The notes under the pieces are model-generated. The model saw only the letters and a list, made by a program, of their open reading frames with translations. It was not told the DNA's origin and searched no databases. A program made the translations under genes and the position numbers. A DNA stretch of 63,874 bases, the filler included, from Blastocystis sp. subtype 4 (lineage: Eukaryota), in the NCBI RefSeq assembly GCF_000743755.1. It is 4 parts of 4 records of this genome, joined end to end, with 100 filler letters (N's around TTAATTAATTAA, not from the genome) between each part and the next. Parts side by side here need not be neighbours in the genome. Positions count along the whole stretch, not along the records: positions 49,339 to 63,874 come from NW_014569283.1; 3 more parts are not named here. One strand, written 5' to 3'. Positions 49,893 to 63,169 of this stretch are shown here, one piece after another (position 1 is the first letter of the stretch; the number at the start of each line of letters is the position of its first letter).

Positions 49893-52800
49893 ATGGAGAT
49901 TGAAGAGGAAGCTCTTCCTCCAAGCAAGGGATCCAAGACTACAGGAGTGAAGGGAAGCAAAAATGGCAAAACTGGATCGAGAGGGAACAAAGTTTCGTCT
50001 CCAACTGAAGCAGAGAAGACGATGTCCGGTCAACCAGAAAAGCGACGGAGTTTGGCTGTAGAAGAGAAGTACCAGAAGATGACACAGAGAGAGCATATTA
50101 TCAAGCGTCCTGATACTTATAGTATGATGTGTCGCTTTTGTTTACTGTGTAGTTGGTTCTGTTGAGAAGTTGACACAGGAAATGTGGGTTTATGACAGCA
50201 CAAAGAAAGGATTGGTTTATCGGAATGTTACCTTTGTACGTTTGATTGGAGTAATTTAGAATAGGTTCCTGGATTCTACAAGATTTTCGATGAAATTTTA
50301 GTCAATGCTGCTGACAACAAACAGAACGACCCTTCAATGGATACTATTAAAGTGACGATTGATCGTGAACGTGGTCGAATCACCGTTTGGAATAATGGAA
50401 AAGGAATTCCTGTGGTCATTCATAAGCAATACAATGTTTATGTTCCCTCTCTCATTTTTGGTCAGTTGCTTACTGGCGGCAATTTCAATGATGATGACAA
50501 GAAAGTGACTGGAGGTCGGAATGGTTATGGAGCAAAATTGACCAATATTTATAGTCGAGAGTTTCGTGTAGAGACAGCGGACAAGAAGGAAGGGAAACGA
50601 TTCCGTCAAGTTTGGCGTGATAATATGAGTGTAGCTGAAGATCCTGTAATATCGTCATATCGAGGAGGTGAGTTCACAGAGGTTTCATATGTTCCAGATC
50701 TGTCTTTGTTTCATATGGATGGATTTGATGATGATATTGTGGCTTTGATGGAAAAACGTGTATTGGATATGGCTGGAGTGACAGACAGTTCATTAAAGGT
50801 CTATTTGAATGGTGAGAAAGTGGATGTTAAGAACTTTGAGGCATATACCAAACTGTATCAAATGGAGAGTACAAGTGCAAATACAAAAGACAATAAGTTG
50901 GTGTTTTGTAAGGCTGGAGATCGTTGGGAGATTGCAGTGGGTGTGAGTGATGGTCATCTTCAACAAGTCTCTTTTGTCAACAGTATTTGTACAAGCAAAG
51001 GAGGAAAACATGTGGATTATATCGCTGGGAAACTAACAGATTATTTGGCTCCTCTTGTCAAGAAGAAAACAAAGAAAGACGTCAAACCTATGATGATCAA
51101 ACAATACCTGTACATCTTTGTCAACTGTAAGATCGAAAATCCTGCATTTGATTCCCAAACGAAGGAAACCCTCACAACAGTATCGAAGGTTAGAAATTGG
51201 GTCTTTTTTTATTGTTAGAATTTCGGTTCTTTACCAGTTCTGGATGATAAGTTTTTAGCCAAAGTGGCAAAATGTGGTGTTGTAGAAGCTGTTACTTCCT
51301 TCTCTCGCTTCAAAGATGATCAAATGTTAAAGAAACAGAGTGGAACTAAAACAGCTCGTAAATTGGACATTCCAAAATTAGATGATGCCAATTTCGCTGG
51401 TACTCGTCAGAGTGGAAAGTGTACACTTATTATTACCGAGGGAGATTCAGCAAAATCACTTGTCGTTGGAGGCTTAGCAATCATTGGTCGTGACTACTAT
51501 GGTGTCTTTCCTCTTCGTGTTGGAATTGAGAAGTGGTGATTTTAATAGTTAGGGAAAGATGTTGAATGTACGTGATGTGACTCGTTCAGCTGTAATTGGG
51601 AATGAAGAAATTAAGAACTTGGTTCAGATTTTGGGTTTGAAGTGTTTGTTGATTCTGGGTCTCATGAATAGATTTGATACGGTCTACAAAGATACTTCTT
51701 CTCTTCGTTATGGCCATCTTGTGATTATGGCAGATCAAGATTATGATGGTTCTCATATCAAAGGTCTGGTTATCAATTTTATCCAATATTTCTGGCCATC
51801 CTTATTAAAGCTAGATTTCCTCCAACAATTCATTACGCCAATAGTGAAGGCAACTCGTGGTAAGAAAGCTACAATGTTCTTTACTATGGATCAATACAAG
51901 ACATGGCTACGTACACACAATCAAGGAAAGGGTTATTATATCAAGTATGAATAGAAATGATATCTGAAATAGATACTACAAAGGTCTAGGTACCTCAACT
52001 CCTCTGGAAGGTAAGGAGTATTTCTCAAATCTTCCACGACATCTGGTTCCATTCAAAGCAATCACAGATGAGGAATGTAGTGAAGTTGATATGGTATTCC
52101 GTCGTAATCGTGTTGCTGAACGGAAGGATTGGATTGGAAGTTACACTCCAGGAGTGAGTGTTGATTATGGTATGAAAGAATGTTGATGGTGATAGTTAGC
52201 TGTGGATCAGATGGCCTATAAAGATTTCATTGATAAGGAACTGATTTTGTTCTCTCGTTATGATAACACTCGATCGATTCCTTGTGTGATTGATGGCTTT
52301 AAGCCTAGTCAACGGAAGGTTCTTTATGGAGCATTTAAACGCAAACTTACTTCAGAAATCAAAGTAATTCAGTTTTCTGGTTATGTATCTGAACACACTG
52401 CATATCATCATGGTGAAGCGTCTTTGAATGGAACTATTATTTCGATGGCCCAAGATTTTGTGGGATCTAACAATGTGAATTTGTTAGTACCATCCGGTCA
52501 GTTTGGTTCTCGACTATTAGGTGGCAAGGATGCAGCCTCTCCTCGTTATATTTATACCTATCTTTCTCCTATTACTCGATTGATCTTCAAAGAAGAAGAT
52601 GATGCATTGTGTCGATACTTGGTGGATGAAGGTCAACGAATTGAACCTGACTATTATTTACCAATTATACCAATGGTCCTTGTCAATGGAAGTGAAGGTA
52701 TTGGAACTGGTTACAGTACCACCATTCCTAATTATAATCCTGTGGATATTGTGAATTACATCAAATCAAAGTTAAATAGTCCTGGTTCATTTTAGGCTTC

Positions 52801-54871
52801 ATTCATAGATACCCCACCTCCTCAACTTCATCCTTGGTGGCGTGGATTTACTGGTGATATCTACAAGAAACCAAATGTGGTCTTTTTTTGGATTCCTGAT
52901 TTCGTAGGGATATTTAATACGAGGTCGAATCACTGCTTTGGATCCTCTTACCTATGTGATCACAGAGTTGCCTATTGGACGATGGACTCAAGATTATAAG
53001 AAGTTCTTGACAGAGATGGTAATGCCTGAGAAGAAGGCTCCATTAATTGCTGATTTCAAAGAGAATCACACTGATACAACAGTTCATTTCACAGTGACGT
53101 TAACAGAAGAACAAGCAAAGGCACTGGAAGGCCAAGATCTTTATAAATTCTTTAAGCTGGAGGCAAGTATCACAACCACGAATTTCTATCTGTTTGATCA
53201 GGAAGGCCATATCCATCACTATGATTCTCCTCAAGACATTATTGACATGTTCTTTGAATTCCGTCTTCCACTCTATCAGAAACGGAAGGATTTGATGATT
53301 GCTACCTTAGAGAAGGATACACGACGACTCCGAAATATGACTCGATTCATTCTTGCTGTTGTTAATGGTGAGTTGATTGTGAACAATCGTCCTCGGAAGG
53401 AGATTCTACGAGATTTAGTGCAACAGGGATATGATGCATTCTATCCCACTTCACGAGTAGAGACGTTACCTGAAGACACACCAACTACGGGAACTGAAGA
53501 GATTCTTTCTCATGTAGATGATGAAGAGGATAGTTCCGCAGGACTATCATTTGACGAAAAAACTGCCGATTTGAGTAAGGGATATAATTACTTATTGTCG
53601 ATGAAATTGTGGAAATTGACTCGAGAGGAAGTGGAAAATCTAAAGGAGCAATTAGCATCGAAAGAGAAAGAATTGGAGATTCTTCAAGCCACTCCAGTGA
53701 AACAGATGTGGGAGAATGATTTGGATGCATTTGTAGACCAGTTATTGAAAGTAAGAGAAGGAAATGAATATGATTGTAGCTTGAAGAAGCGCGTCTGAAG
53801 GAGAAACAGATGGAGGAGAAGAATCGACGTCGTGCTGAGAAGAATCGTCTTGCTGGAAACGGTGCTCATGCTCGAGGTGCTCGTAACAGTATTGCTGGAG
53901 TGAGTGATGATGATCTGTCTTCAAGTGATGGTGATGATTATGGTCAAAGAAAGAAGAAGCCTGGTAGAATCATACAGTGAATGTTAGGCATAGTTCACAA
54001 AACACCAACTGTGAGGTTGACTGCAAAGGAACAAGCCATGACAGAGCTACAGAAGAAGGCAAATGAGGTACAATCTCGCTTCTCTCTGTCCGGCTATTAC
54101 AAGTCCCAAGTAAAGGATCCTACTCCAGAGATGTTAGCAGATATGAAGAGTACGATGGATCCAGAGACGGGTGAGGTTGTGAAGGTGAAGAAGACTCGAC
54201 GTGTAACTGTGAAGAAAGAAGAAGGAACTACGAGCAAGAGTAAGAGTGGTCGTGGAAAGAAGGCAAAGCAGGATGAAATGACTCTAGAATCAGACAACGA
54301 GTCGGAGGAACTGGAACTGACCGATGAGTCTGAAGATGATGTGATCCGGGATAATCGTGCTGCCATTGCTGCAAGGAAGAAACAAGAACAACGAACTACA
54401 ACCGATGCTAAACAGAAGGTTCTTGACAAATCATCCGAGGTGAAGGAGAGTGCTCAAGTCACTGAACCAATAGAAGAAACGATGAAGATCTCGACTGTGG
54501 CCAAGAAGCCGACAGTGAAACGACTGTCAGTGGAAGCGAATCTAGACTCTCAGAAGAAACCTACGAAGACAACAGGAAGGAAAAAGGCGACGAAACTTCC
54601 TGAGAAAGAGAATATGATGGAAGAAGAGGAAGCACCGACAAAGAACGTGGAACCTGCTATTTCGGAGGATTCTGATGAAGACAGTTATATTCCTTTGGCA
54701 CAACGTCTAAAGATGAAGATGCAGGATGAGAAGCGATCGAGTATTGTGGATGAACTTGCAAGCACGAAGACAACAGTACCTGCAGCGAAGAAACGCCGTG
54801 CGACGAAGAAACCTGTAAAGAAAGCTACGAAAGATGATTCAGATAGTTCAGATTCGCTCTTTGGATTTTGA
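49893..54871 (+). CDS. TOP2: DNA topoisomerase II
   Basis: EHIIKRPDTY, GGRNGYGAKL, EGDSAK, PLRGK, IMADQDYDGSHIKGL, YYKGLGTS and AASPRYIYT. Confidence 0.97.
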
Positions 54872-54981
54872 ATAACCTTTTGAGAATGTGTGTTTGTGAG
54901 TTAATAAAAGTAGATCAAAGAAGATGAAAAAAGTACGAAAAGAGATTCGATCCTGAAGATTCGAACACGACGTCTGTAAAG

Positions 54982-55375
54982 ATGGTTCATTGCGTCTGTA
55001 TTTATTCTTTTATTGAACTTATCTCAGGAATGAACCTTACATTTACACCTGTACCGCCTTCGCTAGGGTAATGAAGGATTGGATGGTGTTATCGAGTAGG
55101 TCGTATTCACTTCCGAAAACAATGGGAATCCCTTTCAATTACTTCAATTATATTCGTACTTGATGCGATAATGGAATTAATGGTAGATGCTTTTAGTTTG
55201 CCTTCTTGGGTGTTGCGAAGACGGAAAAGTAATAAAGGAGATAGTATGGATCCTTTGTAATTCTTTGTAATGACAACTGATGAATAGAAATGGAAATGCG
55301 AGTCATTCCAGCCCTCATATTGACAAAGAGGTAGTCTTTGACGTCATTATGGTTACTATCGATATGGACTGTTAG
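54982..55375 (+). CDS. Possible small multi-exon hypothetical protein (~99 aa)
   Basis: Three ~30-nt GT-AG segments splice into one open frame ending TAG at 55373-55375; no recognisable domain. Confidence 0.3.
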
Positions 55376-55452
55376 TTGTTTTAATATTTTTTACTTCCTG
55401 TTTTCTACAAACAAGCCAATCCCCTTTCAATAATCTATACTGACAAATATCC

Positions 55453-57453
55453 TTAAGAGAAATCCTTGTCAATACCATTATTACCACTTTCATAGGATAC
55501 AAAGCCATTTGAGTTTCCCCGAACAGGAACCACTGGTCCAGGCATATAGCGATAGGAAGACATTCCCATCATATAATTATATGGTTGCTGCATCGACGAC
55601 CAGTAGTACTCCATAGGAGTAGGATAGTTAAAATCATTCTGTCCTGATTGATACATTGATTGTGCTGAATAGACGGAAGCATTAGGATAGGATTGTTGGA
55701 ACATTGGAGCTACATACATCTGAGAAGGAACTGCACCCTGCGTTCCTGATGCTGTGAATGGTGACGACGACTGTGTTGAGAATGAAGGAAGAGTGCCTAC
55801 GGGTTGCTTTGCGGAGGTATCTTCTATCGAATTATGCCTCTCCACCACTCCTTACCAGACTTTTCCTCAATATGTTCAGATGTAGGAATCTCAACAGGAT
55901 CATCCAGATCAACCCCCACATCCAACACTCCATTCTCAAGAATATGATATTCCCGTGTGACAGGTATTGATTTCCATTTCAATTGATTTGATATGTACTG
56001 ATCATAATCTGCTCCTTCCAAGAAGAATTCAGAATTATCCTGCTGAGACTGTTTAGAAGGTTTTGTGGTTTGAAGAGTTGAGCGATTCGAATTAGAAGAG
56101 AATGAACGCGAAGATGACTCCACCGTCTCACGGCCAGTACGGTTCGTTCGATCTGGATGACTGTTACGATCTGTTGACCACTTGCGAAATCGGTCTGATT
56201 CCCACGGGCGACTAGAGGACCTTTTCTCACTCTTCTCCTGGGTATCATTTGGTTGCTTCTTCATCTCATCACGATCACTATTAGGAAAACGTTTATTTGT
56301 TCTTTCCTGGTCAGTATTTGCAGACTTCCTCTCTGTTCTATCACGATCCTCTGTCTGGAACCGTCTATCAAAAGATTCATATCTTCTTCGTCGCATTCCT
56401 CTTCTATCTGGCATCTCGTGTCGATCATTCAGTATCTCATGGCGATCTACTGACGTCCTTCGACTTCCATATGATGACGATTCCTCCTCCGGAACCACAC
56501 GATAGAAGTTAGTATCACCAGGAGGACGACGAGGAAGTCCTCTCTTAGGCTGTACTCTGGGATGTGAAGATTCTGCAGCTTTTACACTAGCCGATGCTGT
56601 GATGTTTACAACTGGAACAGAAGGTTTTACTGGCTCCTCCGTCGGTTGATTCACTACCACCTTTGCCGTACCGTAATCTTCCATACCCTGACGAGTCACA
56701 CTCGCTACCTCCATCTCTCGGAACCGTTTGGCATCCTCTCGCTTCAATTGCTGTTCACGCTCATAAGCTAAACGTTCCGCTTCTTCTTGCTTCATTTGAA
56801 TACGGATCTTATCATCTTCAGAAATAGGATCAGGATTCTTAGGAACAACGGAGAGCTTTCGAACATCTTGACTTTGAGGAAGGGGAGTTTCCGTCACCTT
56901 CTCTACATGGATACTCTTGGATGGTCTATAATCAAAAGGCAAATCCAAACCCAACGCTTTATCCTTTGGTTGTACTACGGATGTGGATTCAGTTTGGCTG
57001 TCCTCATCTAAACATGAATTCAGACATTCAAATCTACTGACCAGAAAATTCCGAGTCCCTTCTCCCCATACAGTTGAAGGTGGAATCTTCTTTGTATTTG
57101 AATCTGGTATTTTGGACTCCTTCGACAAGGGTCCAGATTGGGTCACGGCTTTAGTACCACTCGAGTCAATCTCGCTTTCAGTAAATACAGATTTCGCTTT
57201 AATAGGAAGGGGAACAATAACACTGCCTCCTGATGTCTTCGTCGGACGGCGATTCTTGAAGTGCCCTTGGCTTCCAGCAGGTCGAAGTAATCGGCTTGCT
57301 ACAATGCAGATTAGATAGGAACTAAATAACACAAAACATACCTTTTGCAGGCTTATCACGAGGTCCTATTAGAGATGATGTAGAGAACGCTGCTTTTCCG
57401 GAATATGAAGACGAATCATTTGTTTTACGATTGTTCTCACCAGAACGATTCAT
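55453..57453 (-). CDS. Low-complexity, largely disordered protein (R/D/E-rich centre, Y/Q/M/S-rich C-terminus)
   Basis: Long ORFs 55824-57359 and 55453-55848 plus an upstream ATG exon; weak resemblance to PRRC2/BAT2-type architecture only. Confidence 0.55.
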
Positions 57454-57568
57454 AGAAAGCCTAAAATGATTGTTATAATCCAATACTGACAGACAAGATA
57501 ATTTGAGTGACGATAATTGTCAGTATTTTTGGAATTCGATCATATTATTTTGTTTTGATATTGATTCT

Positions 57569-58736
57569 ATGGACGGAGTGCTGACTACGTTTGATGAGTT
57601 TTTGGACCATATGAAGAAACACATGACTGACCTTCATTCAGAAGTCATAATAAACGATCGTTTATATTCCCCAGAAGACTATCCAAAGCTGAAATCTGTA
57701 GTTGTGGAGTCAGGAATGGCTTTTGTTCTGTTTTTGATCATTAGCCAGCCAAATGGAACGCAATATTTCAAAGCTTCATCTATTCTACTCCAGTATGACG
57801 ACAGAGGCATTGATCCCTCTTATGAGAGACATTGAAACAGTGTTTATCACTGTTGTTCAAAGTGCACGTCTCTTCATGAGCTGTGGACTCACAGAAGCCG
57901 CCAAGAAGGAAGTAATGACTGGTATCGAGTAGGGATGTGTAGGATCAATAATCGCTAGAATTGTATATGAATCCATTATCAATCTTATTGAGCATTGTAA
58001 GGAATGTTATGTTGCCGTATAAGAATTATGTCTTGTTGATGCGTAGAAAGTCCGTTCTCTGTCTCCTTCGATGACAGGAGCGGTTTGGGACGCATGCAAG
58101 AAGTTGAATGGATTAAGTGATAGCAACAAAAAAGCTTGTATGAAGGAAGTTCTCCGTTCTGTGAGTGTTACTCGTGATATTCGCAAAGAATGTGAAGAAT
58201 TCTTAGAAAATGGAGATGAAGATGACTGGGATGGTCTTTTAGATGATGATGACGAGGGATTAGAAGGAGAAGAAGTTGTAGAGAGTGGCCGTTCAGAACA
58301 AGTGCAGATGGAATTACAGAACTCCATCGCCAGTTTGCAACATTTGCTGGAAGCGGTTTTCAAGTGGGTTGATCTAATTTCGCTTTTCTGTAGACTATAT
58401 TCGACGTCCTTCCCTGAAGATTTGTCAAGTGAGATGGTTGATCAAGTGAATAGAGTTTCGGAAATTGTGAGATAGAATGTGGTATATTATGTAGATTAGT
58501 CAACTGTGCAAAGATGCAGACAATCTGGGGATGATGATTTATGGATCTGAGAAGAATGATGTGGAGGTAGTTAAACAGACTGGTACTGATTTAGCGAATC
58601 TATTGAAAGCACTTGAAGAGGTTGTGTAGGGAATAAGATGGGAATGTGATAGTTAGAGGGAAGAACCAGCTACAAATCGTTGAAGAAGCCAAAGCGAATT
58701 GCATGAAATGTTTGGATGCGATCGAATCTGTCCTTT
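57569..58736 (+). CDS. GCIP/cyclin-D1-binding protein-like
   Basis: TGAVWDACKKL..LS.SNKKA.....V....D...E.EE followed by an acidic stretch. Stop is probably poly(A)-derived. Confidence 0.65.
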
Positions 58737-58772
58737 TACATGTTTCATTCATAAACACGTTCGCAATACTAA

Positions 58773-60199
58773 TTACCATGTAATAAAGGAATCCTTAAAA
58801 GAATAGGAATTACAAGATGGAATAAGAAGTCGACCAGAAGTAACTCTATAACGACACAACGAATATAGCCGATTCATCAAGTCATCACTAAATGGGTACA
58901 CATATGGACAAGAAGAATAATAGGAGTCTATCAGATCCTTTACACACTCTTCATCCGTTAAAATAGAAGTGTGAGATTCCCTAATTTCCGACATAAATAC
59001 TTCATTCCACCATTGTTTCCTTCTCTTAACATCGATTTTCACTGTTTCAAAATAATCCTTGCGTAGATTCTGCCGATGATTTTTGTTTAAGTAGATAGCT
59101 CGTCGAATTGCATGTTTCATTCCTTCGACTGTTAGATTCTGCACTATTCTTCGTGAAGATGGGACGAAATGACCTATTCTTAATTATTTCGTCAAATAGA
59201 TACAAGGATAACTAAAGAGAGGAGCTTCCAGCAAGTCCTCATTCCCCCATACTTGTAACGATACTACACTATTCATTTGAACCAATGCGGCATGCATGGC
59301 CGTAAGTACAACTGAAAGAGGAAAATCTCCTAAAGACTAGAGATAAAGAAAATGGAAAATGCTAACTTGAAGGGCATCAATCCAAGAATGATCCCATATG
59401 CCATGAACTGCCCGATATTCGCCCTTTTCATCATATTCGGTTGGAGGCATATAAGTATATGAAAAATGACCATAGACATGCTGAGGTTGGTCAACGCTCA
59501 CAACAACACATCTTGAGTTAATAGATTGGTGAAAAAGATGACGAATCCGAGGGTTTGTATCAGTGAGCCAGATCATCGTATGGTACCTAGAATAAATCTT
59601 TAACCATATTGCCTACAATGTGTTATTCACATTCAATATTTCAGATGGAAAAACAGTTTTGTCGCAACTCGAACACTCCAGATAGACAAACAATTGATCA
59701 CTTGGATTATTCTACAATCTAATAATTTCATCAAACATACAGAAAGAACTCTAGGTTCTCTTTGACCACTGAGTGAAGCAGCTCGTTTCATATCCCCTTG
59801 AATAACGCTAATTAGTAGATTGATGTTTACAGAAGGTCCCAAATAGTTAATATGACTCCAGCAAGACGACATGAACGTTTTGGAAGGAGAAAGCTGCGAT
59901 ACCACATTTTGTAAATCCTTGAAACTGTTAACTGTGGGGCTGTTATTTGAAGTTCTCACTGATGGTACCAACACCACGATGTTCTCTCTTGAAATCCCAG
60001 ATACAACTAAATACTAGCATTTAGAAGCAACTCGTATATCTCTTACGTCATACATGCGACAGAGACGAGAAAGCTTCAAAGACGATGAGTTGGTACTCTC
60101 CTCACCATACAACACTGCTAGGTTGAAACTAAAACAACCTGGCAACAGAAGGAGGAATAACAGAATCATTCCATGATTTCTGAAAAGTAATCCGAACAT
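58773..60199 (-). CDS. Signal-peptide-bearing hypothetical protein, possibly glycosyltransferase-like
   Basis: MILLFLLLLPGCFS start and a chain of exons separated by ~30-nt introns; the function is a guess. Confidence 0.5.
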
Positions 60200-60334
60200 G
60201 GAAGTGGTTCTAATTTGGTGGAATTGTGTATTAGTGAAGTAAAATCAAATGGGTGGACGTCAATAAGCCAGAAACAATGACTAATGAAAATTTTGCAGTT
60301 GGGAAAAATCAGTTTCAGAACTTTAACTGAGTAT

Positions 60335-60342
60335 AACAAACA
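60335..60342 (-). promoter_or_regulatory. GU-rich polyadenylation element TGTTTGTT
   Basis: Exact motif 4 nt after the in-frame T at 60347. Confidence 0.75.
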
Positions 60343-60346
60343 ATCA

Positions 60347-61856
60347 ATTTACAATTGGAATATGAACCATACTTTATCATACGTTCATGAGAAACTACCT
60401 TGAATAGCCGTTTGTTAGGATGAAGAAAGGATGTACTATTTGCATCACTTAAGAACTTATTCTTATATGGAGATCTAATCGTGAAATAAAAGATCTAGGT
60501 CTACAGAATGTGAGGAACTTCAATCAAAAACCCATCACGGAAAACTTTGAATTCATACCCCTTATATCGAAGATGTTCAACCCACTCTTGATTGTTATAA
60601 CCATAGTTCACGAATCGTTTATCGAACAGAGGAATATTGACGGTTTTCCGAACAACCACAAACAAAACTACCTCTTTGAAGTTACAGCAAGTAAAGTTAA
60701 GAAGAAGTTCCTCGGATGAAGCCTTTGTATTCACCTGAGAGGTATTGCGCCATGTAGGAGATAGTAAATCATGATGTTAAAGTAACTGTGTAATAGCTAA
60801 AACAGGGATATTGGACATTCACTGGAAGAGATATAGGGAAAAGCACGAGATGATTCCAATACTTCAACATTCCGTGGTACATATTGTGGAAACCTATACT
60901 ATTATGTTCTTACTTCCTCGTACATATCGACGCAATCCATCAACACAATGGCTTCACGACCTGATGGAATTGTAAACACAGGTAGCACAATAGCCAAATT
61001 ATCTTGCTCAAGACGGGTTTTAGGGAGTTTCAATAAGTTCTGATACAAGGTCTCTTAGAATGATCTCATCAACATGTTCCTACCACTCGGCCAAGTATCC
61101 ACATCCGCTACCAAGAAATGGCTTGTTTCAACTGCAGCGATACCTATGTTCCTAAGAATATTGACAGGATAGATCTCTGTCATCGGACCTAATACAGGAA
61201 TCACCTTTTGATATGGTTTAAACTTGATCCCTGCTAACTCTGTCATGAAAAAATCCTTTTCATTGGCTTGTACGTATACTACTGCTATAGCTGGTCTATC
61301 ATGAATTCTATGCAATACAACTAACCCTTTCCATCGTAATAATACAGAGTGAAAGCAAGGGAAACGAGCAGCACTACGAATAAAATACTGTCATCAGGAA
61401 TACGTCATATGAGTAATAAAAGTGATATCAAACTTGTCGGTAACATTCGTGGTTTCAAACATTGTTGCATTGAATAGAGAATCGATTATAGGATCTAGCA
61501 CATGTTCCTCTCCAGTATCTCTATAGTGATAGTGATTAGAGGTCAATAACGATTGTTTCGAAGATTTGGTATCTGTTGACATAAGCTGACCAGAACTGGA
61601 TTCAGTAATCGATTTTATATAATTCAAATCAGACATTTTTAGCTTCTTTTTCGCGGTCTCCATATCATTTCCTCAACATACCTTCTACATAATTGATTTT
61701 ATCACGATTATTTAAAAAATCGAGTTGCCGAAGCGATTTCATATTCATTGAACTACGTTATCATGTTCTTCTCATACACTCATACAGGAAGACAAGTGAA
61801 ACACTAAGTAAGCAGCCAATGAAGATAAATGAGCTACGAGTGCCATCCGATATCAT
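60347..61856 (-). CDS. GT49 (LARGE/B4GAT1-like) glycosyltransferase, type II membrane
   Basis: N-terminal TM, YPVNILRNIGI...TSHFLVADVDTWP (DXD), PLFDKRFVNYGYN..EWVEHLRYKGYEF and GFLIEVPH. Confidence 0.85.
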
Positions 61857-61965
61857 TGGCTTAGAAAAAAAGAATGCTGTGATCAACTAAACATAGATGC
61901 ACCTGAATATCTACTACATCAGTTTCTACCAACAAATATAATTCGCAAGAACAAAGCAACTCAAC

Positions 61966-62930
61966 TTATGTCAAATTAATCTCTTCTTCCTCACCAGCAC
62001 CTCCCAAAGTCTTCTTCACACGTAGCAGCATCGTTGTCTTCCAAGGATCCAAGGGTGAAATGCTATCGTACTCAAAGACATGTTCCGTGAAATCATCCAC
62101 ATTCATATTTTCCACATCATTTGTCAAATCATCCAACAATTTGCATTCTCGAGAAGATCCAAATGTGTAGTCCATTTCCTTGTAGCGATCCAGTTGTTGA
62201 CGCATAGCAACAATATCCTATTCATTACTCCTTCCTCTGAATCTATACGCCTCGAACAAGATAAAGAATTCCAGCACAGAACAAATGACCCTTCGCGTTG
62301 AACTTCAGCACATTCTTCTCCAAACAGGCCTGAGCCACCTGCTCATAGATCCGAATTGCATCTTCATATTCCTCCATCAATGCACTGAAGTGAGCAACCT
62401 TCAAAAGACACTGATTAGCAGCTGCAACACTATCTTCTCCCATGAAATAGTCTGCTGCCTTCTGGTAATGCTGGACACACTTCTTAGACTCGTTGTTACT
62501 CTCGTACATCTCACCAACTTCCTTCTCAAGTTTCGCAGCATTCGCAAAACGTCCCATATCACAGAACAGAGCAATGGCCTCCTGATACAGTTCGACAGCC
62601 TTATCAAGGTCTGACTAATTCTTAAGCAAGTACAACAACAACAACCTTTTTCATACATACAGCAGCATCTATATATGCAGAAGCAGCGTCATGATTCTGC
62701 TCCAACTGAATGTAACACTCGGCTGCACGGCCAAAAGCAGCTCCAGCTTCCGGCCAATACTGAGCAACCTTGTATTGGTTTGCAGCCTTCTTGAATAGTT
62801 CAGCCGCATCTTCAAACTTTCCGGTTTTGTTGAAGAGAGAAAACTTGTTCAATCTGGCTTCTCCCTGTTTCTAAATTAACCAATCTATATATACCTGTTT
62901 CATTAATTCATCACCCTTCTTATTCGACAT
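61966..62930 (-). CDS. NAPA: Alpha-SNAP (Sec17)
   Basis: KFEDAAELFKKAANQYK, MGRFANAAK, NQCLLKVA, F.SSREC.LL and YDSISPLDPWKTTMLLRVK. Confidence 0.95.
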
Positions 62931-63169
62931 GCTTTGTTTCTATTTGGTGAGTTTAGAAAGATTGAAGCCAGATCCAAAATTTCGGAACTCCAAATTTCGA
63001 TATTGTGTTTTGCGTCCTTGTTTTCTCCTTATTGAAGTCCATTCACGGTTTCTTATTCTCACTATTGTCTTGTGACCATCCATTATTTGCCAATCACCAA
63101 ATCTCCATATATCAATCTAGAATACACTCAAATGTTTCAACAAACACATGACTGAGATATGAAAACTGA

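Noticed and set aside
57714..57744. Possible GA-AG intron in the GCIP-like gene
   Set aside because: A canonical GT-AG alternative (GTCAGG...CCAG) restores the same frame; cannot be distinguished without reads.
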